Shown piece after piece: positions 26,179 to 34,679 of a stretch of 64,000 nucleotides of DNA. This stretch comes from a virus, in IMG/VR virus record IMGVR_UViG_3300031669_008155; one strand, written 5' to 3'. The notes below the pieces were generated by a model. It did no database searches and was not told the DNA's origin. It worked only from the letters and a program-made list of their open reading frames with translations. The position numbers were made by a program, and so were the translations under genes. Every line of letters starts with the position of its first letter. Position 1 is the first letter of the stretch.

Positions 26179-26375
26179 TGGAAATATTAGATTTTGAAGT
26201 TGGTTATTATTATTTACATATAAATAGTCAAATAATATGGAAACCTAGAATTGTAGTTGAATCCGATTTAGACTATTTTAATAGTCCTTTCGTTGTAAAA
26301 CATTGGAAAGTCGAAAATAATTTTGAGTTTCAAAAAATGAAATCTGAAGCAAAAGCAATTGATTCAGGAGCGTAA
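26178..26375 (+). CDS. Hypothetical protein
   Basis: Coupled ORF. Confidence 0.55.
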   Translation: MEILDFEVGYYYLHINSQIIWKPRIVVESDLDYFNSPFVVKHWKVENNFEFQKMKSEAKAIDSGA

Positions 26376-26568
26376 GATGGGTAAGTCCAAAAATGAGCAT
26401 AATAAAGGTTGGAATCCACCAAATCGTTTTCTAAAAGAAAGTTTGAAAGGAAAAAGAAGATTAGCAGAAAGAATGTATCTACATAAGTTGAAGGAAGATC
26501 CATATTACTATGAAGAAAAAGACATAGAAAAAGATGATGAGTTAGATGATATTGATAATTGGGAATAG
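26359..26568 (+). CDS. Hypothetical charged protein
   Basis: Overlapping ORF with acidic tail. Confidence 0.5.
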   Translation: MIQERKMGKSKNEHNKGWNPPNRFLKESLKGKRRLAERMYLHKLKEDPYYYEEKDIEKDDELDDIDNWE

Positions 26569-26572
26569 TTAT

Positions 26573-26649
26573 TCCAGGGTGGCTCAATGGTGAAGCGGGT
26601 GACTGTTAATCACTGTCTTATGTGGGTTCGATTCCCACCCCTGGAGCCA
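26573..26649 (+). tRNA. tRNA-Asn(GTT)
   Basis: GGTGA-CTGTTAA-TCACT; G73. Confidence 0.93.
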
Positions 26650-26653
26650 AAAC

Positions 26654-27202
26654 TTGTTAAGAGATTGGAGAAGAATGAAAATAATTGAAAAAATTGAAAG
26701 TTTATACTATAGAATAGATCGTATGTCTCCATTTCGGAATATTAAATATGGAGTTCGAAATCTTATCAAATGGTTTCCAGTGATATGGAATGATAGAGAT
26801 TGGGACTTCTTCTTCATCTGGACTATATTACATAAAAAATTAGAACTAATGGAAAAAGAAATTAGAGTCAATGGTCATCATAAAAATAATATTAGAGACG
26901 CAAATCAAATTAAGTTATGTGTCAATCTTCTCAAAAGATTAATAGATGATCAATACCATGAAAATGTTTTTATACATCACGAAAAGAAATGGGGTAAATC
27001 CCATATGAAATGGGAACCAACTGAAGATCCAGAATTACAGTCTCTACATATAATAAGAGACAATGTAAATACAGATGAAGAAAAAGAACAAGAAACAAAA
27101 GAATTTCAAAGATTAAGTCCAAAAGTTGAGGAGTTAAGACAACAAGACATCAATCATTTATTTGACTATATGAAAAAACATATACTTGGTTGGTGGGATT
27201 AA
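26654..27202 (+). CDS. Hypothetical phage protein
   Basis: 182 aa; WFPVIWNDRDWD...LGWWD. Confidence 0.7.
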   Translation: MLRDWRRMKIIEKIESLYYRIDRMSPFRNIKYGVRNLIKWFPVIWNDRDWDFFFIWTILHKKLELMEKEIRVNGHHKNNIRDANQIKLCVNLLKRLIDDQYHENVFIHHEKKWGKSHMKWEPTEDPELQSLHIIRDNVNTDEEKEQETKEFQRLSPKVEELRQQDINHLFDYMKKHILGWWD

Positions 27203-27276
27203 AGCACCGTAGCTCAAGGGAAGAGCAAGCGACCGATAATCGCTCGACATCAGTTCAACTCTGTTCGGTGCTACCA
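27203..27276 (+). tRNA. tRNA-Ile(GAT)
   Basis: AGCGA-CCGATAA-TCGCT. Confidence 0.9.
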
Positions 27277-27282
27277 TTTAAA

Positions 27283-27365
27283 GCGGACGTCGTCCAAGTG
27301 GTAGGACACTAGATTTCCAATCTGGCGCTTCGGCATTGCAGGTTCAAATCCTGTCGTCCGCTCCA
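27283..27365 (+). tRNA. tRNA-Gly(TCC) with 12-nt variable region containing a GC-TTCG-GC hairpin
   Basis: CTAGA-TTTCCAA-TCTGG; U73. Confidence 0.88.
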
Positions 27366-27499
27366 TTCTAAAGAGGACTACAAATGAAAAAAGATCCTTT
27401 AAAAACTTCAAAGATTAAACCAGTAGGTTTAATAAAAATTGGTAAAGATTTAAAAATACCATTAAAACTAATAAAGAAATCTGATCAAAAAAGGAAAAA

Positions 27500-27712
27500 A
27501 TGAAGATTGAAATTGAAATAGGAGATAATCTTAAAGATTTTCTTATATCACAAAATTATGATACAAAAGAAGAATTAGAAATTATAATGAAATCATTAGA
27601 AAGAATGTTTGAAAATCAAAAAGTTTACACCTGTCAATTATGTGGTGGTGCTCATTATGTAGGAGATATATGTCCTTATCAACAAACAGAAAAATTAAAT
27701 ATGCGGGCGTAG
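27500..27712 (+). CDS. Small protein with CxxC-x4-H-x4-C knuckle
   Basis: CQLCGGAHYVGDIC. Confidence 0.5.
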   Translation: MKIEIEIGDNLKDFLISQNYDTKEELEIIMKSLERMFENQKVYTCQLCGGAHYVGDICPYQQTEKLNMRA

Positions 27713-27778
27713 CTCAGTGGTAGAGCGTCATTCTCCCCGAATGAAGATCGCAGTGTTCAAATCCTGTCGTCCGCTCCA
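27703..27778 (+). tRNA. tRNA-Gly(CCC)
   Basis: TCATT-CTCCCCG-AATGA; bulged T stem; U73. Confidence 0.8.
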
Positions 27779-27962
27779 TTTTTGAAAGGATGGATATATT
27801 GATACTTATAAAAAGACCAATGTTTTTTGCTAAAAAAGGTTGGTGGGGTGAACATGGTTATATTAGAATATCTTTTTTAAAATACTTATATATAAGAAGA
27901 GAATATGTAACAAAAGTAAAATGGTTTAAATGTGGAAAGTAATTGATACAGGATTAGACTAA

Positions 27963-28319
27963 ATGCAAATAAAAGTTAAGGATATAATATGGGAAACTTG
28001 GGGAGCTATAAGTTACACTATCATTTTTGGAGATAATGAAATTCCATGCTTTGTTATGCTGCAAGAGATACAAATTGGCGAAAGAAATAATATAGATAAA
28101 ATCCCTAAAGAAGTTTATAAAATTGCAGAAGATTTTGGTTTTATGATTCAAAATAAAATAACAAAAATTATCAAAAAGCAACTTTCTAGATATGAAGATG
28201 TTATTATTTCTCCTATTAATGATCAAAAAAAATGTCCTAAAACAATGAATTACATTTCTTTTGTTTCCGATGAAGTTAACTGGTTAGTTAATGCTGACTC
28301 TCTAAGGTTAGTAGTTTAA
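27963..28319 (+). CDS. Hypothetical protein
   Basis: 118-aa ORF. Confidence 0.6.
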   Translation: MQIKVKDIIWETWGAISYTIIFGDNEIPCFVMLQEIQIGERNNIDKIPKEVYKIAEDFGFMIQNKITKIIKKQLSRYEDVIISPINDQKKCPKTMNYISFVSDEVNWLVNADSLRLVV

Positions 28320-28350
28320 TATTAGAACAAATAAATACTAGAAAATATAT

Positions 28351-28427
28351 GCCACGTGTAGCTCACCGGTAGAGCTCTAGCTTGAAGCGCTGGGTAGCAG
28401 GGAGTTCAATTCTCCTCCGTGGCACCA
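28351..28427 (+). tRNA. tRNA-Phe(GAA), irregular acceptor/T junction
   Basis: CTAGC-TTGAAGC-GCTGG; one extra nucleotide before U8, giving an 8/4-like or bulged fold. Confidence 0.75.
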
Positions 28428-28435
28428 AAGCTTAT

Positions 28436-28514
28436 GGTGGTCATACTCGAGTAAGGTCTCAGAGGCAAGGTTGTGGCCCTTGTTACGTGGGTTCAAATCC
28501 CACTGATCACCCCA
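28436..28514 (+). tRNA. tRNA-His(GTG)
   Basis: Encoded G-1 and C73; CAAGG-TTGTGGC-CCTTG. Confidence 0.95.
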
Positions 28515-28533
28515 TTCTGAAAGGAATTGTGAA

Positions 28534-28737
28534 ATGACTAAACCATATCATTGTTTATTTTGTGGAAGAGAAAATAAAAAAGTTAAAAAAATGTTCTGTT
28601 CAGAAGAAACCAAATGTATTTGTAATGAATGTTTAGATCTTTGTAAAGAGATCGATGAAAATGGTGAAAAGAAAATAGTTATTAATCTAAATATACCAAC
28701 GTTGAAAAGAATTGATCATCCAGACATTGTAGCATGA
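28534..28737 (+). CDS. ClpX C4-type zinc-finger protein
   Basis: CLFCGR..KKVKKM......CICNECLDLCKEI. Confidence 0.75.
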   Translation: MTKPYHCLFCGRENKKVKKMFCSEETKCICNECLDLCKEIDENGEKKIVINLNIPTLKRIDHPDIVA

Positions 28738-29117
28738 ATGAATCATGCTGGCATTATGTAATCAAATTTATTAATGAACATGAAGATGGCGAAATATTAA
28801 ATGCAACATCAATGCTTCATTACGTTAGAAAGCATAAACCAGAATATAAAAGAAAATATTATTACACGGGTATATATGACCATGTTGGAGTAGATGCTTT
28901 ACCAGATCTAGTATACTCATATAGAGTTATATTAGAAAGACTAGGTTTTCTCAAACACATAAAAAAAGGTTCGTGGATAAAAGTTAGAAGTTTTCCAGAA
29001 CATATTAGTAGCTATAAAGCTAAAAAGATTGCATTTTCAAAGTTACCTTGGCAAGCATGGTTCATCCCTCCAGGATGGATAGTAGAAGGAAAAACTCAAA
29101 AATCAAAGGGGGGTTAA
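28734..29117 (+). CDS. Hypothetical protein
   Basis: ATGA-coupled ORF. Confidence 0.6.
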   Translation: MNESCWHYVIKFINEHEDGEILNATSMLHYVRKHKPEYKRKYYYTGIYDHVGVDALPDLVYSYRVILERLGFLKHIKKGSWIKVRSFPEHISSYKAKKIAFSKLPWQAWFIPPGWIVEGKTQKSKGG

Positions 29118-29869
29118 TGGAAGATGTAGCAGTAAATTTGCCCAATGGTGATATTACAACAGATAAAGATAAATTAAATCAATTATTAGATTCAAGTTAT
29201 CCTTTACTACAAAAATTTAGAGAGTTATGCCCTGGTTCTTATAAACACTCTCAATCAGTATCTTCCATGGTGGAAGGAATATCACTATCACTAGGTTTAA
29301 ACGTTACTTTTATGAAAGTAGCATCTCTTTATCATGATATTGGAAAAATGTTTAATCCAAAATATTTCACTGAGAATCAGTTAGAAGATGAGAATATCCA
29401 TGATAAACTAGATGCAAAAATTAGTTATCAATATATTTCAAGACATATTTCAGATACTGCATTGATATTATTAAATGATGAAAACTTTCCAAGAGATTTG
29501 ATTGAAATAATTACACAGCATCATGGTACAACTGTTATTAAATACTTCTTTGATAAATCAGGAAGTGATATAGAAGACAACTTTAGATACAAGTCAAAGA
29601 GACCAAAAAAAATTGAATCCATGTTATTAATGATATGCGATTCTATAGAAGCTAAGTCAAGATCTCTTGTTCAAAGTGGTAACTTTGATCCAACTGAAAC
29701 CATAGAAGAAACTATTAATAATCTTCTAAGTGATGGACAATTGGATGATGTTGTAATGAGACTTGGAGATTTACAAAAATTAAAAGACGGACTAGCAAAA
29801 GAACTAGAAGGAACCTACCAAAAAAGGGTTAATTATTCTAAAGCAAAAGATGAAGTAAAATCTGAATAA
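29117..29869 (+). CDS. Stand-alone HD (HDIG) phosphohydrolase resembling the PgpH/7TM-HD catalytic domain
   Basis: PGSYKHS, YHDIGK, P.YF.ENQ, IITQHHGT, FRY...RP, LMICD.IEA.SRSL; no TM helices. Confidence 0.8.
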   Translation: MEDVAVNLPNGDITTDKDKLNQLLDSSYPLLQKFRELCPGSYKHSQSVSSMVEGISLSLGLNVTFMKVASLYHDIGKMFNPKYFTENQLEDENIHDKLDAKISYQYISRHISDTALILLNDENFPRDLIEIITQHHGTTVIKYFFDKSGSDIEDNFRYKSKRPKKIESMLLMICDSIEAKSRSLVQSGNFDPTETIEETINNLLSDGQLDDVVMRLGDLQKLKDGLAKELEGTYQKRVNYSKAKDEVKSE

Positions 29870-29920
29870 TAACTCATACCATCTTGTGCCAGAAGATCCA
29901 AAATCCTGGGACTCCCATTT

Positions 29921-30208
29921 TTGAATGGATTAAGAGTCACCAGAAAGGATTCTTCTGGCACAACTTTATTGAAAGATATTATGGAGTGGATAGATATGCA
30001 ACAGAAAAGAATATTAGTCATATTAGTATTTCTTTTTTTATTTATATCTTGTGCTAAAAAATATACAATTAATCACGATCATCCATATCATCCTTCTCCT
30101 GCTATAAAATATAACTGTCCATATGATAGCTGTCCCTATCCACCATTTTTTCATGAACACAAAGGATATGGCAGACATCAACATGAATATAAAGGCGAAT
30201 ATGAATAA
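29921..30208 (+). CDS. Putative His-rich lipoprotein (start probably about 29997)
   Basis: MQQKRILVILVFLFLFISC lipobox-like sequence. Confidence 0.5.
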   Translation: MNGLRVTRKDSSGTTLLKDIMEWIDMQQKRILVILVFLFLFISCAKKYTINHDHPYHPSPAIKYNCPYDSCPYPPFFHEHKGYGRHQHEYKGEYE

Positions 30209-30212
30209 TAGT

Positions 30213-30287
30213 GGCGGTGTATCCAAGTGGGAAGGAAGCTGACTGCAAATCAGTTATACGGGAGTTCGATTCTCTCCACCGCCTCCA
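30213..30287 (+). tRNA. tRNA-Cys(GCA)
   Basis: GCTGA-CTGCAAA-TCAGT; U73. Confidence 0.95.
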
Positions 30288-30300
30288 TTTAATTTTTAAT

Positions 30301-30379
30301 GGGATAGTAACTCAGCTAGGATTAGAGTAACTGACTTTTAATCAGTAAGTCGTGGGTTCGATTCCCACCTGTCCCACCA
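30301..30379 (+). tRNA. tRNA-Lys(TTT)
   Basis: ACTGA-CTTTTAA-TCAGT. Confidence 0.95.
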
Positions 30380-30717
30380 TTAAAACGACCCAGACACTCA
30401 GGACATCTTTCTAATAAATCCCTGAGTGCCTTATTTTTATCAACTTCCCAATACTGTTTTTCTTGAGATAAATCTAAAATACAAGCACATTCTTCTTCAC
30501 ACATATCACTCTTATGATTATATCCTCTATTAATCATTTCTTCTTTCAAATCTTCATGTCTTTGATATAATACACGTGGTTCAAATAAATTATTCTTAAA
30601 ATATCCATCTAATTTTTTTTGCTTCTTTAATGATCCGAGAAACATATGCATCTCTAAATGTTCCCCACATAAATGCTTCTGACACATAATCTTTGGATCA
30701 CATAACCACATTCTCAT
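30322..30717 (-). CDS. Pyrimidine-dimer DNA glycosylase/endonuclease V-like protein
   Basis: MRMW.CDP..MC.KHL.GEH.E.HM, RHEDL.EEM..RGYNH; tail runs antisense into tRNA-Lys. Confidence 0.65.
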   Translation of the reverse strand: MRMWLCDPKIMCQKHLCGEHLEMHMFLGSLKKQKKLDGYFKNNLFEPRVLYQRHEDLKEEMINRGYNHKSDMCEEECACILDLSQEKQYWEVDKNKALRDLLERCPECLGRFNGGTGGNRTHDLLIKSQLL

Positions 30718-30718
30718 C

Positions 30719-31006
30719 TTACCAAGTTCCTTTCGCCTGTCTCTTCTTCCTTTCCATAGATAATTCAAGTCTTAATTTTGTAATACAAGTGTGCTTGATC
30801 TTGCCAGTTCTAAATCCAGTTCCTGTTAGATAGTTCATTACCACTCTTATCTTATCATTAGATGTGCTAGATATGGGACCCAAATACTTTCTCAATCGAG
30901 CACAACACCATTCAGGATCCTCTTTCCATTTTCCTAAAAGACTCTTACGAACAGCTTGCCACTCTGGACTTTTAACCAATACATTTTTTGGATTTTCATC
31001 ACTCAT
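30719..31006 (-). CDS. Hypothetical protein
   Basis: AGGAG SD; 95 aa. Confidence 0.65.
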   Translation of the reverse strand: MSDENPKNVLVKSPEWQAVRKSLLGKWKEDPEWCCARLRKYLGPISSTSNDKIRVVMNYLTGTGFRTGKIKHTCITKLRLELSMERKKRQAKGTW

Positions 31007-31015
31007 TATTATCTC

Positions 31016-31606
31016 CTATACAGTTACTCTCTTAAACCATCCCCTTGCATATTTTTTTTGCTTTGAATTACCATCCATATAATCCATATAATGTTGTCCT
31101 TGAAGTGTATTAAGCATTTTAACTAATACTTTTTCATCCCCACCTTTTTCACTAAGAGAATTAAGTGCGCTCAATGTTTTTTTACCAATTTTTCCATCCA
31201 CCTCAAGTTCATCAAATAACTCACCATTTCTGTTCAGATAATTTAATGACCTTTGTAAGAATTTAGCAGCTCTAAGAACACCCAAATTTACACCAGTATC
31301 AAACATTTCTTCTGCTACTTCTTGTGAAAATTCATCAAGACAATTTATGTTCCAATATTTATCTTTAAAAAAACTTGCAACTTCATTTTTAAGTCTAAGT
31401 GAATCATCTAAACTCTTTGGAAAATAAGGATCATATCTATGAAAATCAATAATTTCCCATCCATACCAATCAGGATTAAATTTTCTTGAAATTCCTTTAT
31501 ATGTTTCTCCTCCTGCATCATCCATATCATTTACATAACCACCTTCATTAATCATTGTTTTTTCAAAAGCATCAATAAAACTCGACTTACAAATAGCGCT
31601 TTCCAT
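31016..31606 (-). CDS. GH108 lysozyme/endolysin with peptidoglycan-binding domain
   Basis: EGGYVND.DD.GGETYKGI; MFDTGVN.G; FLQRSLN; DGKIG.KTL. Confidence 0.9.
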   Translation of the reverse strand: MESAICKSSFIDAFEKTMINEGGYVNDMDDAGGETYKGISRKFNPDWYGWEIIDFHRYDPYFPKSLDDSLRLKNEVASFFKDKYWNINCLDEFSQEVAEEMFDTGVNLGVLRAAKFLQRSLNYLNRNGELFDELEVDGKIGKKTLSALNSLSEKGGDEKVLVKMLNTLQGQHYMDYMDGNSKQKKYARGWFKRVTV

Positions 31607-31872
31607 TACATAATTCCCCCAGACGGTTTAAAACTAACACCTATTCTGACCATTGAAATAATTTTTCTTGATCTCTTTAACTGATCAAACTTTTTCCAAA
31701 ATTTCTGATTACCAAAAACCTTACGATAAATTGGGCAAGTTTCAGAATAATCAATATAACCATTATCATTCACACAAACAGAACCACAAGCAAATGTACT
31801 ATCTAACCAATAGTGTATCTTATTATATGTCAACCCACTTACCCTCTTCCAATTTACATCTATATGAATCAT
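31606..31872 (-). CDS. Hypothetical protein
   Basis: Coupled ORF. Confidence 0.45.
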   Translation of the reverse strand: MIHIDVNWKRVSGLTYNKIHYWLDSTFACGSVCVNDNGYIDYSETCPIYRKVFGNQKFWKKFDQLKRSRKIISMVRIGVSFKPSGGIM

Positions 31873-32206
31873 CGTCAGAATGAGTCGTTGATACTTCTAT
31901 AAATACACAACCATATTCTGTTTCTGATGTAAATCTATGTCTAATATAAGGTTTTATCCTGAATAATTCTCCGGGTCCTAAGATTTCAAATGTATGCTCC
32001 TCACCTTTAACATAATCAAGATGTAGAAATCCATCTAATACATAAAATGTCTCATCTTTAATTTTGTGATAATGAAACTCACCCTTTGAAGACCATTTTT
32101 CAAAAGCAACATATATCTTCTTTCCACAATATCCAACATTCTCTTCATTGACATTAGCAAACCAAATCTCATGTCCCCATGTTTTCTTCACAAATTCTCC
32201 TGTCAT
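31823..32206 (-). CDS. Cupin-domain protein
   Basis: VKKTWGHEIW, HYHKIKDETFYVLDG, HRF, EVST. Confidence 0.8.
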   Translation of the reverse strand: MTGEFVKKTWGHEIWFANVNEENVGYCGKKIYVAFEKWSSKGEFHYHKIKDETFYVLDGFLHLDYVKGEEHTFEILGPGELFRIKPYIRHRFTSETEYGCVFIEVSTTHSDDDSYRCKLEEGKWVDI

Positions 32207-32225
32207 ATATCCTCCTTTGGTTTAT

Positions 32226-32645
32226 TTAGAATCTTTTTTCCCCAAAACCCATAAAAGAGAAATCTTTTACATCTTTCCACCATTCGTTTATATCTTCCAT
32301 TATAAGTTCGCCATCATCTTCATTTCTATCTGTTCGATCTATATTCCTATAAAATTTTGGAGACCATTTTTTTATAAAACTTTTTGCATCTTCTAATGTT
32401 TCGCCTTTCCATGTTACTACTAAATTTTTCTCAATTGCTTTTATAAATTTTTTTTGTTTATTTGTTGGAGGAAATGGTTTATTATTTTTAATATAGTACA
32501 GTCTTTGTTCGTTTTTATGTTTCGATATAAATGCTTCTACTTCTTCTCTATCCATCAATTTTCCAGAGTATTTAATATTAAGATCTCTACATATAGATTT
32601 TAAATATTCTCTTTGTGCTTTGGTGCTTTTTATTATATTTTTCAT
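32226..32645 (-). CDS. Hypothetical protein
   Basis: Internal repeat (STKAQ..YLKSI / PTNKQ..FIKAI). Confidence 0.6.
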   Translation of the reverse strand: MKNIIKSTKAQREYLKSICRDLNIKYSGKLMDREEVEAFISKHKNEQRLYYIKNNKPFPPTNKQKKFIKAIEKNLVVTWKGETLEDAKSFIKKWSPKFYRNIDRTDRNEDDGELIMEDINEWWKDVKDFSFMGFGEKRF

Positions 32646-32842
32646 TTGTTATACTCCTCTAAATATAAATCAGATATTTTCTTTATTGTTTCTATAATGT
32701 TTGTCTTTGATAACCATGCATCATTTGAAATATCAGTTATTAGAGAAGAAAATTTTTGTCCAAACGATTCAATGAGATCTTCAAATTCCGAAAATCTAAT
32801 GTCTTCGGAGAGAGTTTTATATACAGCTTCTTCTATTTCCAT
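32642..32842 (-). CDS. Small acidic protein
   Basis: GGAGG SD. Confidence 0.55.
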   Translation of the reverse strand: MEIEEAVYKTLSEDIRFSEFEDLIESFGQKFSSLITDISNDAWLSKTNIIETIKKISDLYLEEYNK

Positions 32843-32857
32843 TAGATTTTATCCTCC

Positions 32858-33334
32858 CTATATATGTGGCAAAGTATTTACAATCTGATAAAACTCCATA
32901 GCACATTTTTCATGAGTCATAAAATCACCATAGGCAGATGAACAGAACAACTTATCAACATACCAACAGACAATCACACCTTCTGCAACTCCACGTTTCA
33001 CTTTATTATAATGCTTTACAATTTCATCACTCAACATACCACATGTATTTCTCACACCTTGAATTGTTCCATTTACAAAATCAAGTTCTCTTGCTCCATC
33101 CATAATATCATTTACAACGTCATCTAAATCATTGAGATTTGCGTCACATATAATACCAATATACATTGGCCATCCTTCCATTTGATATTTCCTGACAATT
33201 AAAGGACTCCAATTTTTATCTAATAATCTTGTAGAAGTTGAACTATCATCTCTTGTCATTCCAGCATTTGCTTCACTTCCCATATTCTTATTTCTCTCTA
33301 CATGATCGGTCATTTGCTTTTCATCTCCTTCCAT
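32858..33334 (-). CDS. Hypothetical protein
   Basis: 158-aa ORF. Confidence 0.65.
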   Translation of the reverse strand: MEGDEKQMTDHVERNKNMGSEANAGMTRDDSSTSTRLLDKNWSPLIVRKYQMEGWPMYIGIICDANLNDLDDVVNDIMDGARELDFVNGTIQGVRNTCGMLSDEIVKHYNKVKRGVAEGVIVCWYVDKLFCSSAYGDFMTHEKCAMEFYQIVNTLPHI

Positions 33335-33504
33335 TTTGTTATTACTTCTTGAACTATTTCTTCACTTGATGCAGGTAAATAAAATACAGTATTCCCACCT
33401 TTTGAATTGCCACTATACCACCAAGCATCTGGAAATTTCATTAATATATATTGCTCTTCTTCATAGGATTCTGTAATTATTTCTATTACCAATTTATGTT
33501 TCAT
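33310..33504 (-). CDS. Hypothetical protein
   Basis: Operon ORF. Confidence 0.5.
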   Translation of the reverse strand: MKHKLVIEIITESYEEEQYILMKFPDAWWYSGNSKGGNTVFYLPASSEEIVQEVITKWKEMKSK

Positions 33505-33991
33505 TATTATGTTCCTTTAATAGTCCATTGTATTCTTTATCTTTACCTTCCCTAACCAACCTTCTCCACATTTCTATTCTACGATTTCTCTCCTCTTCAT
33601 CCATCAAATCTAAAGTATATGGAATTCTTTCATCTTGTCCAATACCATTTCTTTCATACTCCATAAGAGCAAAACATCCCCACACAACCATCGCTAAGTG
33701 ATGGCAATTACTTTCTTCGTCTAATTTCTCACCACGAATCCATTTCCATAGATGTCTCAAAAGTGGACCAATAACATCCTTTCTCCATTTTAATCCCTTC
33801 CACCAATTATAATTTTCATCATCGTATTTGGTTGTAGCATATGTATAGACCTTCGCTAATTCATGCAATGGCGAAGCAGGGATCAAATCATGGCGAGTTT
33901 TACCTTCACTGAACCTTGCACCTGTATCACATAATAACTCTTGCTCTTCCTCGACATTTTTAATATACTCTTTAATTTTATTATCTTTCAC
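33494..33991 (-). CDS. dATP/dGTP diphosphohydrolase (DUF5664-type)
   Basis: GARFSEGKTRHDLIP, KY...NWWKG, LLRHLWKW..GE..D.ES..HHL. Confidence 0.8.
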   Translation of the reverse strand: MKDNKIKEYIKNVEEEQELLCDTGARFSEGKTRHDLIPASPLHELAKVYTYATTKYDDENYNWWKGLKWRKDVIGPLLRHLWKWIRGEKLDEESNCHHLAMVVWGCFALMEYERNGIGQDERIPYTLDLMDEEERNRRIEMWRRLVREGKDKEYNGLLKEHNNET

Positions 33992-34009
33992 TATTCTAAT
34001 TCCTTTTTT

Positions 34010-34279
34010 TTACATACCAACTCTTTTATATGTCCATCCTTTTTCCAAATAAATTAGATTAGGAACACTTATACTTTCACAAAGCATATCTTTAACAACC
34101 ATATATTTACTTTCACAAAGTGCTTCTTTAATATCAGAATAAGCTTTTCTCGTAAACTCCATAGTCGTCCCATATACTACCCTATTGTGAATATCAATAA
34201 TTTCTTTCTTATCACATATAGTGGAACAAGCTGGCATAACAAAACAATTTTTACAGGGATCATCTCTAACCTTTTTCAT
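34010..34279 (-). CDS. PCxxC-x5-C-x3-C protein
   Basis: DPCKNCFVMPACSTICDKK. Confidence 0.55.
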   Translation of the reverse strand: MKKVRDDPCKNCFVMPACSTICDKKEIIDIHNRVVYGTTMEFTRKAYSDIKEALCESKYMVVKDMLCESISVPNLIYLEKGWTYKRVGM

Positions 34280-34677
34280 ACTATTTCAATTCTCCAATCA
34301 TCTATATGTGATTTGACATATTTTCTCAATGTATCTTCTGTTCCGCCTGTCTTTCTTTTTAGAACTTTTTCTACTCCCTCTTGATGTCTCATAACACAAG
34401 CAATTATTAAATCTGAATTTTTAGCTATATCACTATTTCTTACAAATCCAGCACCTTTTCCAAATTTTTTCCAATTAGCATAAAATATAATAATTGGAAT
34501 GCCATGATCTTTAGCGATCATTTCAGCAAATCTATCTCCACCTTTTGAACATCCACCAGAACAAATAAAATCTCCTTCTTCATAAATACTTAAAAACTTT
34601 TGTTCAACAAGCTTATAAGAAAATTGATCATCCCTTCCTCTAGTCCCAACTATTCCTATTACTCTTTTTATTTTCAT
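34276..34677 (-). CDS. SLOG (YspA/DprA-like) nucleotide-binding protein
   Basis: IGIVGTR, SGGCSKGGD, GKGAG.VRN..I..NSD, GGT..T. Confidence 0.75.
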   Translation of the reverse strand: MKIKRVIGIVGTRGRDDQFSYKLVEQKFLSIYEEGDFICSGGCSKGGDRFAEMIAKDHGIPIIIFYANWKKFGKGAGFVRNSDIAKNSDLIIACVMRHQEGVEKVLKRKTGGTEDTLRKYVKSHIDDWRIEIV

Positions 34678-34679
34678 TT

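Noticed and set aside
30719-31606. Amber readthrough fusing the endolysin to the downstream 95-aa ORF (in frame via TAG-GAG-ATA-ATA-ATG)
   Set aside because: The TAG doubles as part of the downstream SD (TAGGAG), and in-frame adjacency occurs by chance one time in three.
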